From: the human T2T-CHM13v2.0 reference genome, Homo sapiens
Direction: 5' to 3' (one strand)
Assembly (NCBI RefSeq): GCF_009914755.1
Contig: NC_060947.1
Length of the DNA stretch: 64,000 nt
Shown: in pieces, positions 14,601 to 28,863 of the stretch
How positions within the stretch are numbered: position 1 is the first letter of the stretch
How the letters are laid out: every line of letters begins with the position of its first letter
The notes under the pieces: generated by a model
Database searches by the model: none
What the model was told of the DNA's origin: nothing
What the model saw: the letters and a program-made list of their open reading frames with translations, nothing else
Program-made: the position numbers and the translations under genes

Positions 14601-15569
14601 AAGGCTCGCAGTGGCAGCAGGAAGCAATGGAAGAGTGGCAGTTTGTTTTTTCATCCTGAAGTGGCATACTCCCGAGGGCACTGATCTCAGACACACTGCG
14701 TTGCCTACGTTAAGAGCTTTTGGTGCCTTGGGCTCAACCAAAGAGATGAAAGTACTTAAGACCCACAAATCTGAGCAACATCTACTTTAAATCCTTGCTT
14801 GGTGGCATCTGTCTGAAGAAGGCACATTGTGAGTTAGAAGTGATCATGTGAGAAGACTTTTTAAACCAAGGGACCTGTGACATAATAAATGTAATACAGA
14901 ACTGAAAGTCCAATGATTTGCATTATCCTGACACAATACAGTACCCCAGATGTTTACATCTTTGTCCTCCCTGCAGTCATTATGAGAGTTCTTTAGCCTT
15001 TTTCTCTTCTACAATTTCTGCTATTTTTACATGACTGTCTTTTACAGGTGATGGCTGACAATTGGAATTGTCTCACTAACCTGCTATGATGGTGAGCATA
15101 AATAATAATTTCTGCATTTGATGATGAAAAATAAGATGAAACAATTGGTTTCCCAATATGACCAAGCCAATAACCCTACTTTCTTAAATGTTTGAGGTAG
15201 ATAATATGGCCAAACACATGTAAAAAAAATCATATAATCATAAAATTAAATAACCTACTTTTTTCTTAAATTCTATTCTGAAATATAAAATCAAAGCCTT
15301 GGAGACACATGCAACAAGTCAAATACCACCATCAGCATTAACTCCTTCACACCTAAAATATGAGTTCTTCATCATACTATTGCATCCATTGTCTTCTTTC
15401 AGATAACAAAAAAAAAAAAGAGAGAGAGAATCTGCAAATGGAGCTAAACAGATTATTTTAGAAAACAATTAGACATAAAATGACTCTAAGTGAAGATTCC
15501 TGGCACTTTTCTATGTGTGCAAGTGTATGCACTCTGCATACCAATGACAAAGCTAGAAAGAAAACTCAC

Positions 15570-15728
15570 CTGTTTTCTTCCTCAAGATCTGCTAGGATTC
15601 TCTCTAGCTCCCCTCTTTCCTCACTCTCTAAGGAAATCAAGATCTGGGCAGGACTACGAGGCTGGCTCAGGGGGGAGTCCTGGTTCAAACTTTGGCAGTA
15701 ATGCTGGATTAACAAATGTTCATCATCT
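15570..15728 (-). CDS. DMD: Dystrophin exon 74 (159 nt), syntrophin-binding region and start of coiled coil
   Basis: TTTTCCAG acceptor, GTGAGT donor; encodes [52 protein letters not shown]; phase 2-2. Confidence 0.99.
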
Positions 15729-18472
15729 CTGGAAAATAAAATCAAAGGTTTTGGTTTTTTCCCCCCCTTATTTTGCTTTGGGGGTTAGGGACTCAGGAGT
15801 GTATTTGAAAATAGAAACATTTATTTGCTCTTAACAATTAATTAGACCTTTTTTCCTGCTTCTAAAGACCTTTTGATACTGCTGAGGTTGTGATCTACCA
15901 TTCTATTGGTACCAATTCAAAGTGTTTTCTTGCTCAGATTTTCAAATGAAATTGATTGGCCTATTTACACGGATAAATGAAAGGCAGAATTACAGAAATA
16001 CTGGGACTCTACGTTGATGTTAGTCAATAGCTAAAAAATATTAAAAGATATAATAATGGCTGTATAATGCTTTGGCCACCAAGCCTGTCAAGATAATCTG
16101 TTCACTAACCCACGCTATTGTTGTACTGAGTAGGAAAAAATACCTTGCAGCTCTAAAAGTAACAGAGGAAATATTTTATTAAGTGGAAGGCAATGTAACC
16201 AAAAAGTATTGCTTCAGTAAGTCAGTTTTAACTTATATAAGTCATTGAGGCAGAATGACAACAACAATTAAACTGGAGATACATGATTGTTTCATTCAGT
16301 TATTGTTTAGACAGAAGAACGAAAATTAAGGGGAAAAAAGACATTAAGGTGACTGATTAAAAGAAGACTGAACATCTCATTCCTCGGGGCAGAGTTTTTT
16401 TAAATACAAGTTTTATTTATTTTTAAATTTATACATAATGGTTTTAAGGACTAATCTTGCGGGAAAAGGAGGCAAAAAGGCTTCTATTTGGGGAGGCAGC
16501 TACAATCTTTCCTGGAAACTAGGAACTCTCTAATACACAGGACAAACTTTTTTCTGAATGCATTGCTCCAAGCTCCGGAAAGGCCTGTTTACCTCCAAGT
16601 TATAAGAATTTTCTTCTGTCCGTAATGACAGGCTAAAGCTCATTGTTTCTGGTTAGATATCATTAAGATGATACGCTAATATTCTCCTCTCCATACCCAC
16701 TTAAGTTGAAAAATATCAGAAATTTAGGAAAAAGTCCTTCTCATTTGAATTATTTTTGTTTATCAAGCCAGTTACCTGGTTTAGATGTGAAAAGCTGACT
16801 AAAAATAATTATTGGGTATTAAAAACACACATTTAAGTGAAGTCAACCAATCCACCAAACCACTTCCCCAAACCTGCCCCTAAAATGCCATGAGTTTTTG
16901 CCATCCAACATTGAGTCAAAATGGATTTTATGTCCTCAGAATAAGCTAAAGCTTATTTTAAAATAAAACAAAAGCAGTTTTACCACCTAATTTATCACAC
17001 TCATTCCAAATTCTGAAGTTGTACTGCTAGAACTTCCCATGTTTAATTATAACCTAGAGTTGTAACTACACTTTTCTTCCTGTTCTCTTAGGCAGTCAAT
17101 GAATGACAGCCACTGTTACGTAGATACAACTCGAATTAATCTGAATGTGCTAGAGCTTCTAATACCAAAATCAGTGAGCCAAAGAAGCAGAAGCTATTTA
17201 CATTTGGCTGATTCTTTGGCCACACATTTTACTGTTGAAGTATCTTATATATTAGTACCATTAATACTTTTTCCCATAGCTAAGAAAGATAAGGCATCAC
17301 AGTTATGGTTGGGGAAAGGCTTTTTTGTTTGTTTGTTTGAAGGAACTAAGTCATATACAAATGACTGAGGGTTGACTTGATTCTTTATTATTAGCTTGAT
17401 CGTTTATGTACCAGATGAGATTATTTATTCTCATGTCTTCAATAACTAGTTATATATATGCCACTTTGATACTATTTCTTTTGGCCTAATCCTTATGAAG
17501 GTTCTTTTCTCATCTGAGCATGACTTTGTGTTGCCACACCAACTACATATGATAAATTTACCATTCTTCCCTTTGTCTATATTCTCCAAGATGGGTGAGA
17601 TATCCTTACTTTATCAAACTAAAAAGATCGTAATACTTTGACTAGATTTCTTCTCTTTATGTTATTTATTCACTTGGCAAATCCTTATTTTTTCCTTCAT
17701 ATTTGCTTCAATGTCTGCTCTCTCTACCTCAAGCCCTGGTCAGCATTTACTTGGTTCATGGCAATGTTCCTTTGTGCTCTGTATTGTGAACACTGCCCTC
17801 ACTCTATAATGAAGCCTGTTTCCCTGCCATAGCTGTGTTCCCTGCTGCTCTTAGCACCGCTCTATCTCCGTCCTTAAAGTTTAACAGGGTTGGCTTATCA
17901 TCCTGCTAACAACCTGCAACCTGAATTGGTACTTCTCCTCTGGAAACTCTTCATAAGATTGCCTCACTTTATTTATCTTGTGAAGATGCTAAATCACAAA
18001 AATCTACTTCTTTGGATTTCTGAAGGAAAATGCCCAACTAACCTACCATATGTGAATAGCCATGCTATACCAAGATCACGTTTCCACTCCCCATGAGTGG
18101 AGAAAATAGTACTTAGCCATGACTTTAAAATTAATATCCTATCCCTTTAAATATCTGGCAGGTTTGGTCAAAGATTAAGCATTACTATAAATACTTGGGA
18201 CTCTGCAATTTGTAATCATATGGTATGAAATAAGTTCAAATAAGAGTAAGGCAAACTATTTTTGCTACTCTGAATACTAATAATGCCAGAATTTGGATGA
18301 GCTCATTCCATGCCAGGGCATTAAGAATTAAAGGAAAAAAGTAAATGAATGGCTCCTTAAAAGATCAAATGAATATGATGCTAATTCCTATATCCTGTGC
18401 TATCCTACCTCTAAATCCCTCAAAGCAATTTCATTGTCAGGAACATTTTGTAAAAAGAGATGGGATACTTAC

Positions 18473-18538
18473 ATGCTCTCATTAGGAGAGATGCTATCAT
18501 TTAGATAAGATCCATTGCTGTTTTCCATTTCTGCTAGC
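18473..18538 (-). CDS. DMD: Dystrophin exon 73 (66 nt)
   Basis: TTTATCAG acceptor, GTAAGT donor; encodes LAEMENSNGSYLNDSISPNES; phase 2-2. Confidence 0.98.
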
Positions 18539-19663
18539 CTGATAAAAAACGTAAAAGCTCATTAAAACTTATGTGACGTCTTAGAATCTATTCAAGACCT
18601 AATCGAACATTCCTGAAAACTAAAGGATAAATCATGGCAAGAAGAGAAAGGAATCCTTCAAATTAAAGGATGTGTGTGTTGGCTTAACCATTTGAGGCAG
18701 TGTGTGGTAGACCACAGCTAGTTAGTAGCACTACATTTATGATAGAAATTCTAAGGAAAGTTATATTTCACTGTTTTCCCCCTACAGATCAGTCTTGCTT
18801 TCACTGAGAACAGGTCTTTGTTTTCAGAAGAAAAGCTTCCCTAACAATAAGTGCACTCCCTACCTTACACTACCCCTTGTCTTTTAAGACAATTACTACT
18901 TTCCACTGATGACAGACTTACACAGCTAGCTAATGCTTTTCACGATTGGTAAACATGTCCAGCAGTTAGAATATTGACAAAGGATGGATGCACAGTAAGC
19001 TCTCTAAACATTCTGCCACCAATTTTTACCTTTAAAATCTTCTTCACCTCAGGCAATTATACAGGGGGTTTTTTGTTTGTTTGTTTGTTTGTTTTTTTAC
19101 AACTAAAAAAGTTAACCAAACTCTTACGGATTTAACAAGCATAAAATATTTTAAAATTAGTAATTCAGTTTTTAGGTATAAAAATCATCTCAAACACAAA
19201 GAAGGTGAGACAGAAAAGTCCAAGGATTAGGAAAATTAATTATTCTCTTCTTTACAGCATATCATGTAAAATAAATACACAAACAGAAAGCTGATGCTTT
19301 CATATTCTCCATATAATATAGTATCATTTTTTCATATATGAATGTCTGGTCTAGCAGTTTTCTAAGGAGGTTAAACTATTTGTAAGCCAATTTAGTAAAT
19401 GTGCTCAGTATAAAAAAACATAGCAAGGCTACCGGAAATGTTTAAAAGCCAGGGTTAGGGAAGATTATTCTGGACTAATGCTCTTGTTGGTGACCAAAAA
19501 CAACATGCAGTGGAACGGCATGCACGTTAGAGGGCAAGTTGATTAGTAGGAATCAGACAAGTTTGGGGAAAAAAAGAAAAGATTTGTTTAAAATATTATA
19601 GGTTAGCTTTCCTTGGTTAGTTATTTCAATCAATATTTGCCTGGCATACAACTAGTCTCATAC

Positions 19664-19729
19664 CTGCTAGCATAATGTTCAATGCGTGAATGAGTATCAT
19701 CGTGTGAAAGCTGAGGGGACGAGGCAGGC
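19664..19729 (-). CDS. DMD: Dystrophin exon 72 (66 nt)
   Basis: CTTATAG acceptor with TGACTAAT branch-like motif (19749-19756), GTATGA donor; encodes PASSPQLSHDDTHSRIEHYAS; phase 2-2. Confidence 0.98.
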
Positions 19730-22700
19730 CTATAAGGCAGAAAATGTGATTAGTCACAGATACCATCCATTAATGGAGAAAAAACCCACCACACAGTTAT
19801 GTTATACACATGGCCTAGAATGCTTTTATTCTAATTCTATGGATAATGTATACATTTAGTTGCTCCTATATCTTAAATATTATCAAGTATTTTAAAATCC
19901 AGGATTGAGAGATGATTTCTCATACTTCTGCTTTTATTAAAAGCCATGAAGAGAGGCCAAAATCTTCTCTGGAAAATTCCCATCGTAGAAAAGGTTGGGG
20001 GAGACAGTTTCTAGGAAGCATTTTGTCCTCCTACTTTGTAATTTCTCACATCCTATAATTCCGAAATTGTGTTAGCCCTATGTGGTTTAAAATTTTAAAT
20101 AGTTTACACCTGCGCCATTTATAGGCTATCTTCTTATTGAATCAAAGCTGTATATCTGCCTAGATACTTACAATTATTTTAGCTTCAAAGAGGCTACTCT
20201 AGTACAAGACTTCTTAAAACTCCATGTATCAAGATGTCTTGATCTATGCAATTTTGTAAAGAAGAAATGTATCTTCCAATTCAGCAGCAAGACTATACCA
20301 CTAATTTCTAGCACAAAATAGAATGACCCTGGATTATATTGTGAGGTTTTAAAAAAGAATGACTAAATTTCATAGAACGTCATGATATCTGAAATATTTC
20401 TTAGAGATACTGTGTGCTAAAACATAGGTGAGAAAATAAGAGGAGATCATTAGCAGGAATAGTCTATATGCTTTTTGTATATAAACACCTATCTTTTCTT
20501 ATCTCCATAGGCTAGAATTCTGGTAGGGTTAACATTTTTTCATCCTTTCATATCTGATCTATTAATTATCCTTGAAGTTTTTATAGTATCTTTTGGATTA
20601 ACCTTAGGAAAAAAAACCATCTGTTCTGAAAACCAGTTTAGGCTTGGACTTTTTGTTTTAATTGGAATAGCACAAAAGGTCTCTTCCATTTCTCTGCTGA
20701 CACAGAAAGCCCTTAGGTAAAGGCATAAATCCAAAAGTCAACGATAATGTAATTCAGAGAGGACCCTGGTTTAGCCCAGTGTCCAAGTAGCGTTGAAGGA
20801 CTTGGTTGAAACACTAAGGAGAATGTGTTTGTTTCTTCTTACATTAAAAAAGAAAAAGATGCAGTTACCAGTAGCTAAGCTTGCATTAGAAAATGTGCCA
20901 GAAATTCATATTTCTTAATATACTACAGTAAGATAATTACGACACACTATAGCAAATAACTAGGGAAATGGAATTCTTCCCTGAGAGAGAAAGGTCTTAT
21001 TTATGAAACCAATGTCATCTAGGTCAAGTGTAATCATAATCAAACTGAAATGAGTTATAAAGACGTTTAAATTGTCAAGAGGAAACAAAACGATGACTAC
21101 TCAATTTAATAAGCAGATCCAAAGATTTCCATGTGAATCTTCACTATAGTTTTGGAGAGTTAATCTGTTAATCTTCTAGAACCCTGGCATAGCCCATTAT
21201 TAGAAAAATGCTAAGGTCTGTTTTGAAATCTTCACTGCAGATCAAGATAAATTAATACTTGGATTATTTGTATTATAAGAACTATCTTTTGGAACAGACC
21301 AGTCTTTCAATTACATATTTTTTTAATAAGCAAAAAGCCTACCATCAGGGAAAATACATTAGTAGTGTTTTCCCTTGTAATAGTTGCTATCCTGGAAGTG
21401 TGTACAAGAATGAAAGCCTAAGACCTTGGAGCATAAGTACACCAAGAAAAGTAGGCATATAAATCCAAAATACTTTAATACCATTTTATACAGAAAATCT
21501 TATACAGAGCTTTAATTCTTTGCCTCAAGGATAATTCCATGTTATTTTTCTTATTAATATCAGTGGCGCCTATCACAGCATGCATAAGCACAAGAACTTA
21601 CAATAACCAGAAATCTTAAAAAATATACACTAAAAGAGACATTTATTAAACCAGAAAATGAGCCAAAAGGGAGTACTGGTCAGAGATGAATCATTTAAAA
21701 ACCAAGAATTAGTGAAAATACAAAGCCACTTAGTCCACAAACAAAACTAAGTGCAAAGCCTTCTAAAACACTTCCAAAAGAAGGTAATAATACTGTTCCC
21801 CGCTTCCCACTTCCTAAACACAAAACCATATACCCAGAAGGATTACTTACTATAAGAGTTAATGACCTACTTGGTCAATTCCATCCCACCCACCACCACC
21901 TTCTCTTTTATGAAAACTATATTAATTAAAAGCTGACATTCATTTAGGTTTCAATGCAGAATCGCTCAAAGAATATCGTTTGACTGGCTCACTTATGGAC
22001 AGACAACGTAAAGGCCTATGTTAGCTTTAGTTTTAAAGTAATATGACAAACACAAGCAAATAAGAGTTTAGTCTAAGGAAAACCAAACAGTCTGTATCTC
22101 TGGAAACTTTCAAATTCTGTGATCCATATCAAATGGATCAAATATTGTAATCATCATAGGATTTGTTAACATTAGATACAAGTCTTGCAAAATGAAACAC
22201 GTTAGGACCTGGCTCTTATGCCTGAATAGGATGGCTTTGTAATATATTTTATACAGTATTTATAATCCTATGAATAAATACTTTAAATACAATTACTGCT
22301 ATTAAAGAAAACACAGACTTCAGTCTGCTAGATTTGTTTTCTTCCTCAAAATTAAAACTTCCCACTATTTCTGAATAATCTAACCAACTCTTCATAAAAA
22401 GGCAAATTGGGAGGTGTGTTTTAGTTGTTAGAAAATATTTTTAAATAAAAGATGTTATTAATTTTAAAGTCTTTCAACGTTTAAGACAGACAAAATCTTC
22501 TACTTAAAATAAGTTAATCTGATTGTCATAATTTTTTTCTCATTAGCTTACGTGTAGCTCCTTTTTGCCTTTCAAGGACTATTAATTACTCTTTGTTTAT
22601 TATTTGGTGCTACTTTTATCTATGTATTTGTAACAACTGTTCTTTAGCATATTTGTCGTTTGGATTTCTTACTCGGTTAAACTTATTTCCACATAGAGTA

Positions 22701-24056
22701 AATCCATTCCCTTATCAGGATCCAATCAAGCTGAAACTGTAGTGTATCAACTCTTTAAAAGTTTCTTATTTATGAACGGTTGTAACTTCTATAACAGACT
22801 ACCTGGGTTAGGAAACACAATTTCCAAGAGGCAGAGGACATAACTGAACCTAAATAACTCCCTAAGTTCTTTAAGCATGATGATTAAATAAATCAGATAA
22901 TATACTACTTATAGCTACCATATCTCAAAATTAAGGGGCGCAATAACGAAGTTTTAAAAAGGAAAGCATAGCCTTCCACTTCCTTTAGGCCTATTAAAGA
23001 CTGAAAATAAACCTCAATTAATAATATGCATTTATCACGACAGGGTTTTTAAAAAAGGATCTAGTTTAGATTAAATTATATGGTGGAACAATAAAAAAGA
23101 TTTAATAAAAAGAAATTGAATTCTTACATAAGCTTATCTTCCGAATTGGTCATTTCCCCTTTATCCATAACAGAGCTGTCTGATTTTCAATAAATATTTT
23201 AATAAAGCATACTTTGAAATACCAAAAGTTTGTTATAACAACCCTACATAATGTAGTTTTAAAATAGGCACTTTGTTTGCTAATATAGAAATCACAGGCC
23301 CCAAAAAAGAGTTTTCTAGCATTATAAACTCTGAGATAAATCATCTGCTGGTATCTAACCTCAGTATTATTAATACACACCAATAGTAATAACAAAGAAA
23401 TACTTTCCTCCTAGAGCAAATGTATAATTGTTTATGAGCTGAATATTTAGCTTGGAGAGGAGAGCAAAGTGAGTTTAGTTCAAAATTTAGAAACCCTTGT
23501 ATATAATGATTAGTCAAATAGCATGGCATAACCTGATAAACAGTCCGCACACCTCATTAAAATTATTCAACCAAACTCAGCATCATACTTTAAAACGAAT
23601 TCTGCTGATTTTTAATAGTCCACTTATAACAGACCCTAAAGATTCTAAAAAGCATCGAATCTCAAGAAATATGGCTAAAGAATGTTATTATGTAATCAGA
23701 AGCTTCTTCCTTGCTTTTATATGAAGAAATATATAAACATGTCTCCCAGGAATACAGCTAAAACTCCAATAACTTCTTTGATTATAATTTGAATTCAAGC
23801 CAGGATTTCTGCTGGTTTGAATTTCACCTGGTGGAGGAACCAAAAAACCCACTCTGATTCTCCTGATCTGTGTAGATGGTACTTTCAAAGTCTCATCAAG
23901 AAAAGAAAAAAAAAAACTGAAATGAAGGAAGGGGAATTAATATGTCCATAAAACAAAACAAAACAAAAGAAAACAAACAAATAAACAGAACAAAAGAGAA
24001 CCAAGCGAGCGAATGTGTTGGTGGTAGCAGCACCCTTCAGCAAAAAAAGTACTCAC

Positions 24057-24095
24057 GCAGAATCTACTGGCCAGAAGTTGATCAGAGTAACGGGA
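24057..24095 (-). CDS. DMD: Dystrophin exon 71 (39 nt, alternatively spliced)
   Basis: TTTTGCAG acceptor, GTGAGT donor; encodes PVTLINFWPVDS; phase 2-2. Confidence 0.98.
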
Positions 24096-24792
24096 CTGCA
24101 AAACAAAAAATGAGGTGGTGAAGGAGACACACGCAAACTCAGCCGCAAAAAAATTTACTGAAAGGTCAAAATAAATAAAATCCAGCCAATTAAGTATGAA
24201 CCATGGAAAGCAATAGCCAAACCAAGGTGTAAAGTGAATTAAAAGAAAAACACACAGTTGTGTGACTGCCATCAGAGTTAAGGCAAAAAAGAGGAGCAGG
24301 TTGAAAAGAGGTGAAGACGTCCCCTTTGATCTTGAGAATCATTACTACTTACTGTGAAGTAGTTTCCTGTGACTATATTTTCTTTTGAGTAGAAACAAGT
24401 GACTAGATATGACCACACAATGAGATACAAAAAGACACACATTTACTGATTTGTGAGAGAGGAAAATCAAAATGAAATACTGGAATCACTCATTTGTAAA
24501 CAGTCCCATATTTCTTATAAGGCTTGTAAGGCAATTAGTGGCTGTATTGTGTTGTGGTTTTTTTTTTTTTTTCCCCCTGTGAGATAAAGTTTAACTTTTG
24601 GAAAAAGAAATTGTCAAGTGACGTGGGAAAGTGGCAACTGGACATCAGCTTATTTTTCTCTTTTCAGCTAATGTAAATAAAAAGAAAGAAATAGAAGAGA
24701 CTGTTTGCATTTGGGAGTGAAGGAGGGTGTTCAGCTGAGAGGAGTTCAAATATACATCAAACAAGAGTGTGTTCTGCTTTTGCTACTACTCA

Positions 24793-24930
<138 letters not shown>

Positions 24931-25029
24931 CTAAAAGGGAGATCATGGTGAGATCAGATTTAGGACAGGATGATTTCAAAACTAATGACCACTCCAGTCT
25001 TCTGCCCCATGACACTTGTTTTGTAATTA

Positions 25030-25235
25030 AGGAGAGTGTTGTGGTTGTGAGCAAAGGCTTTGGAATCAGACAAATGGGGCTCTGAAACCAGGCCTGGCAT
25101 GTACTAATTTGGCTGAGTTATTTACTTCTCAGAGGCTCTGATCATCAGTAAAATGGGAGCAACAACACCTCAACACGTTGTTATGATAAATAAAAGAAAC
25201 ATACAAGCTTACTAGGCTACTCAATAAATGGTAGT
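25030..25235 (+). mobile_element. MIR fragment
   Basis: ggctttggaatcagac...catcagtaaaatggg...ctcaataaatggtag. Confidence 0.7.
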
Positions 25236-25459
25236 TTATAGGTCTTAAGGTCAAAAAGGTGACATTAAATTTTACCACACTTTATGGTATTTTAAAAACT
25301 ACTTAGTACAAAATGATAGCATGCTTCACCCACTAAATTTCGGTCTATTCATAGCATGGTACATTCTCAATCACTGACCATCTCTATAAGAGGAATAAAA
25401 GTGAGACAGGCAAATATCTGGGAGGATCACTCTGATGATGGAAGAGAGAGATGCTCTAA

Positions 25460-25638
25460 AGCAGAGCTTCTCATACTTTGTTGTGTATGGGAACCAGCTG
25501 CAGATCTCGCTAAAATGTGGGTTTTGATTTAGAGCATCAGGAGTTGGGGCCTGTGGTTTCACATTTCTAATAAAGACCAAGGTAATGCCAATAGACATAT
25601 GATGATTAGTCAACAGACCGTATCTTGAATAGCAAGCA
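25460..25638. mobile_element. MER5A-like hAT-Charlie MITE
   Basis: cagagcttctca...aaaatgtgggttttgatt...ggggcctg...catttctaataa...tgaatagcaag. Confidence 0.7.
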
Positions 25639-26476
25639 TGCAAAGTTTAGAGAAGAGGAGACTGTAAGAATTAAAGAAAGAGAAGAGAAACACGAAGGGT
25701 GGCTCTACAGTCAACAGGGACAGGTTTATTTTAGAAAAAACAAACCTGAGAGGAGCCTGTCTTTAATTCTTAGGCAGATTTGTACTCAGGTCTGTCTGGC
25801 CACCAAGTCTACATCCTTGCCATTTCCCTAGTGATTTTTCACAGTTCTATTGGCCACTTAACATTTTCCTAAAATAACATCTTAGGAGATGGCTTCAACT
25901 CTTACTTATAGAACCTTGAGTAAATTATTTAACCTCAGGACCTCAGGGTCCTCATCTGTATAGAGGGGATAAAAATCATAGTACTTATTTTACACAGGGT
26001 AGTTTAAAAGGTAAATGCCTAGCATTTAGTAAGTGTTAGCATATAAAATGGATTTTTAAAATGTCACTAGTATACAGGACAGATAATAGGTGAGCAACAT
26101 TGATTAAAAGTGGTAGTTTATGAATTTGGGGGAACCTAGAACCATCCCCCATACTCAACATGCCTCATGGCCATAAGATCGCCCCACACAACCTCTAAGG
26201 CTGTGCAAAATGAACGTGAAAACGTCTTCAATACAACCATGCACACAGAATGAAAACCCTATTTATTCATCCAACAATATTTATTGAGGGTCTATCATGT
26301 TCCATATGTGCCAGGCACTCCCCTAGGCACCAGGGATAGGGTAAATCCTGAAGCCTACAGTTGAGAGCCACTTTAGCTGGGGAACATCTGGGGAAGTGAC
26401 AAATCACAGCATTATACATGATCTGCAGTATTGTACAAAACTGAAATTTATCCCAGGTGAACTAACTCTCACGTCA

Positions 26477-26647
<171 letters not shown>

Positions 26648-28863
26648 TCAAATTCCCAAAGAACACTCTTTAATAAACCTTCTACCACGTTCTAATTTGA
26701 GAAACAGAAAGCAATGTTCATTAGTCCCACAAGGTAAGTGATTAACTTTCTGCCTCCAGATTTTTCCGGTGCCTCTCCTACAGTACCAAAACATTTTGGC
26801 AGAAAGATTATCCTATAAACATATGGAAGGAGGGAAGAAAAACTCAGCTTTTATTTAAACTCCACTAGGAACTCTTTGAGATTAAGTAGGAAGGTACTGG
26901 AAAATTTCCAGTCTTTTGAAAACCAAATACTCAAATTTAAAAGAACTTCCAGGAGCGACAGACTTACGCTGTGCATGCCCCTTACCCATCATGGGACAAA
27001 AGTTTTCTGAAGCAATTATTTTCAAAACATTGTCAAGATAAAGCAATTTCACAAGACAAAAGAAATGTGAACAAGAACTTTCAATTAAAACAAGTCTCGC
27101 TTTAATAATGTTTTCTAATTGACTGATACGATTCATCTTCAAACAGTTACTCGAATGAACTCTTTTATCTCTATCTCTTCAGAAATCTCTCACCCCATTA
27201 CCTACAAATGATAACTGAAGCCCCAAGAGAACATGAAATTTGGATTAGATGGAAGAATTTATAATCTGTAAATACTAGTTGGTACATTTCCTCCATTATC
27301 AGAATGCGATATTCTTTGTTTCATACTCTCCTGCCTTTTGCTTTCTCAGATAAGAACCTTAGCCAATTCAAATAAACATATTTCTTATGTCACATATGGG
27401 GAAGTGGGAAGGAAAGCTATCTTTTTTAGATTCCAGCCATCTTTCAAGAGGGGGACAGGAGGAATGAGAAGTGCTGGGTCCTAAAATAATATAATATGAT
27501 AAGGGCAAAAGAATTGAAGGTGAAAGTGCTCTTTCAGATCCTCCAAAGCATTCTTCTTCTTTATTTTATAAAAATTTCCCTTGTATACAAAGCCCACTAG
27601 CTAAGGAAGCAGAGAAAAGGTAGCTTAGAAATCTAATGCAGTCACTGTGGCTTCCCTTCCCCACTCCCCACCCCCATGGTATCATTTTTACCTGCCAAGA
27701 AACCGGGAAGGAAAGAAGGTGACCTTTGCAAGCAGTACCTACTCACTGTTGTCTATCTAGGCTTCAGAAACCTCTAAAAGTTTTTGTAAAACCTCTTTGT
27801 AAACAGCATGACTATGGAACAATAAACACCAAAAGTAAAAAAGCACTATGAATAAAAAGCACGCAACAGTACAAGGTAGTTATTAGAAAATAAAGTAACA
27901 AAACCAGTTCACACGTAACTGGAAAAGAGTGTTTACTTTGCTGCTAAGTGGATTCTGCACAGGCATAGACCATAGAGCTAGTTTACAACTTTGTGGCTTA
28001 TTCATCACTATAGAAACCTTGATGTTGATTCACACATTTAAGGACATCGCAGTTTCAGAATTAGGATTTAGGATTAATGTTAAGTGAGATTAATTCATTT
28101 AAAAAAAAATCCTGTCTCCCCAAACAGGTCAGCAGGGCTAAAGATTTATTTGGCCTTGTTTTCCATGATATTTTAAGACTATCAGAATAACCTGCTACGT
28201 TTCCTATCTCTTTCACTTCTAAATGTATAAGGACTGGTTGTTTTTTAGCTGCTTTGTGAATCTTCCATTTACTTGCCTACTTTTTATTCCTTTAGAAGTT
28301 CACTGGGATACTATACAAAGAATGTAATCAGATTCACAGATAAAGAAGCAAGTTCTAAGATGCTGAAAACAATTCTTGTTACTTAAGGGAGAAAAAAAAA
28401 TGGTGCAAAGTGAATGAGAGACTGAGCTACTATTATGGTTCCTCCCAGAATAGAATCATCTCTCAGTTTTATAACTGATTCTTGGGAAGTTTCTATAAAC
28501 AGGAAAGACCGTGAAAAAGGAAAGATGGTAAAAATGTTTTGGTTCCAGGAAGGAGGAGGTACAGTTCATCTGTAATACCTCCGTGAAGACACGCACTTTG
28601 GCCTGCTCAACCAAAAATGTGGCTCCGAAGAGCTGAAGAGTGAAGGTGGTAAGGGACACCAGCCTAATAAGTGAGATCCACCAAAATAACCTAGCGATCA
28701 GGAGGGTGACAGGAATGATCGATGTTCCAGCCCAATCACCTTCTCTCCCACTTTGGAGACGGTACGAACTAACAGCAACTGGCACAGGAGATAAAAGATC
28801 AAGTCATAAAAAGGTGAAAAATGATGAGAAAAAAATGACATTTTTTTTTTTGGTTCCTAATAC

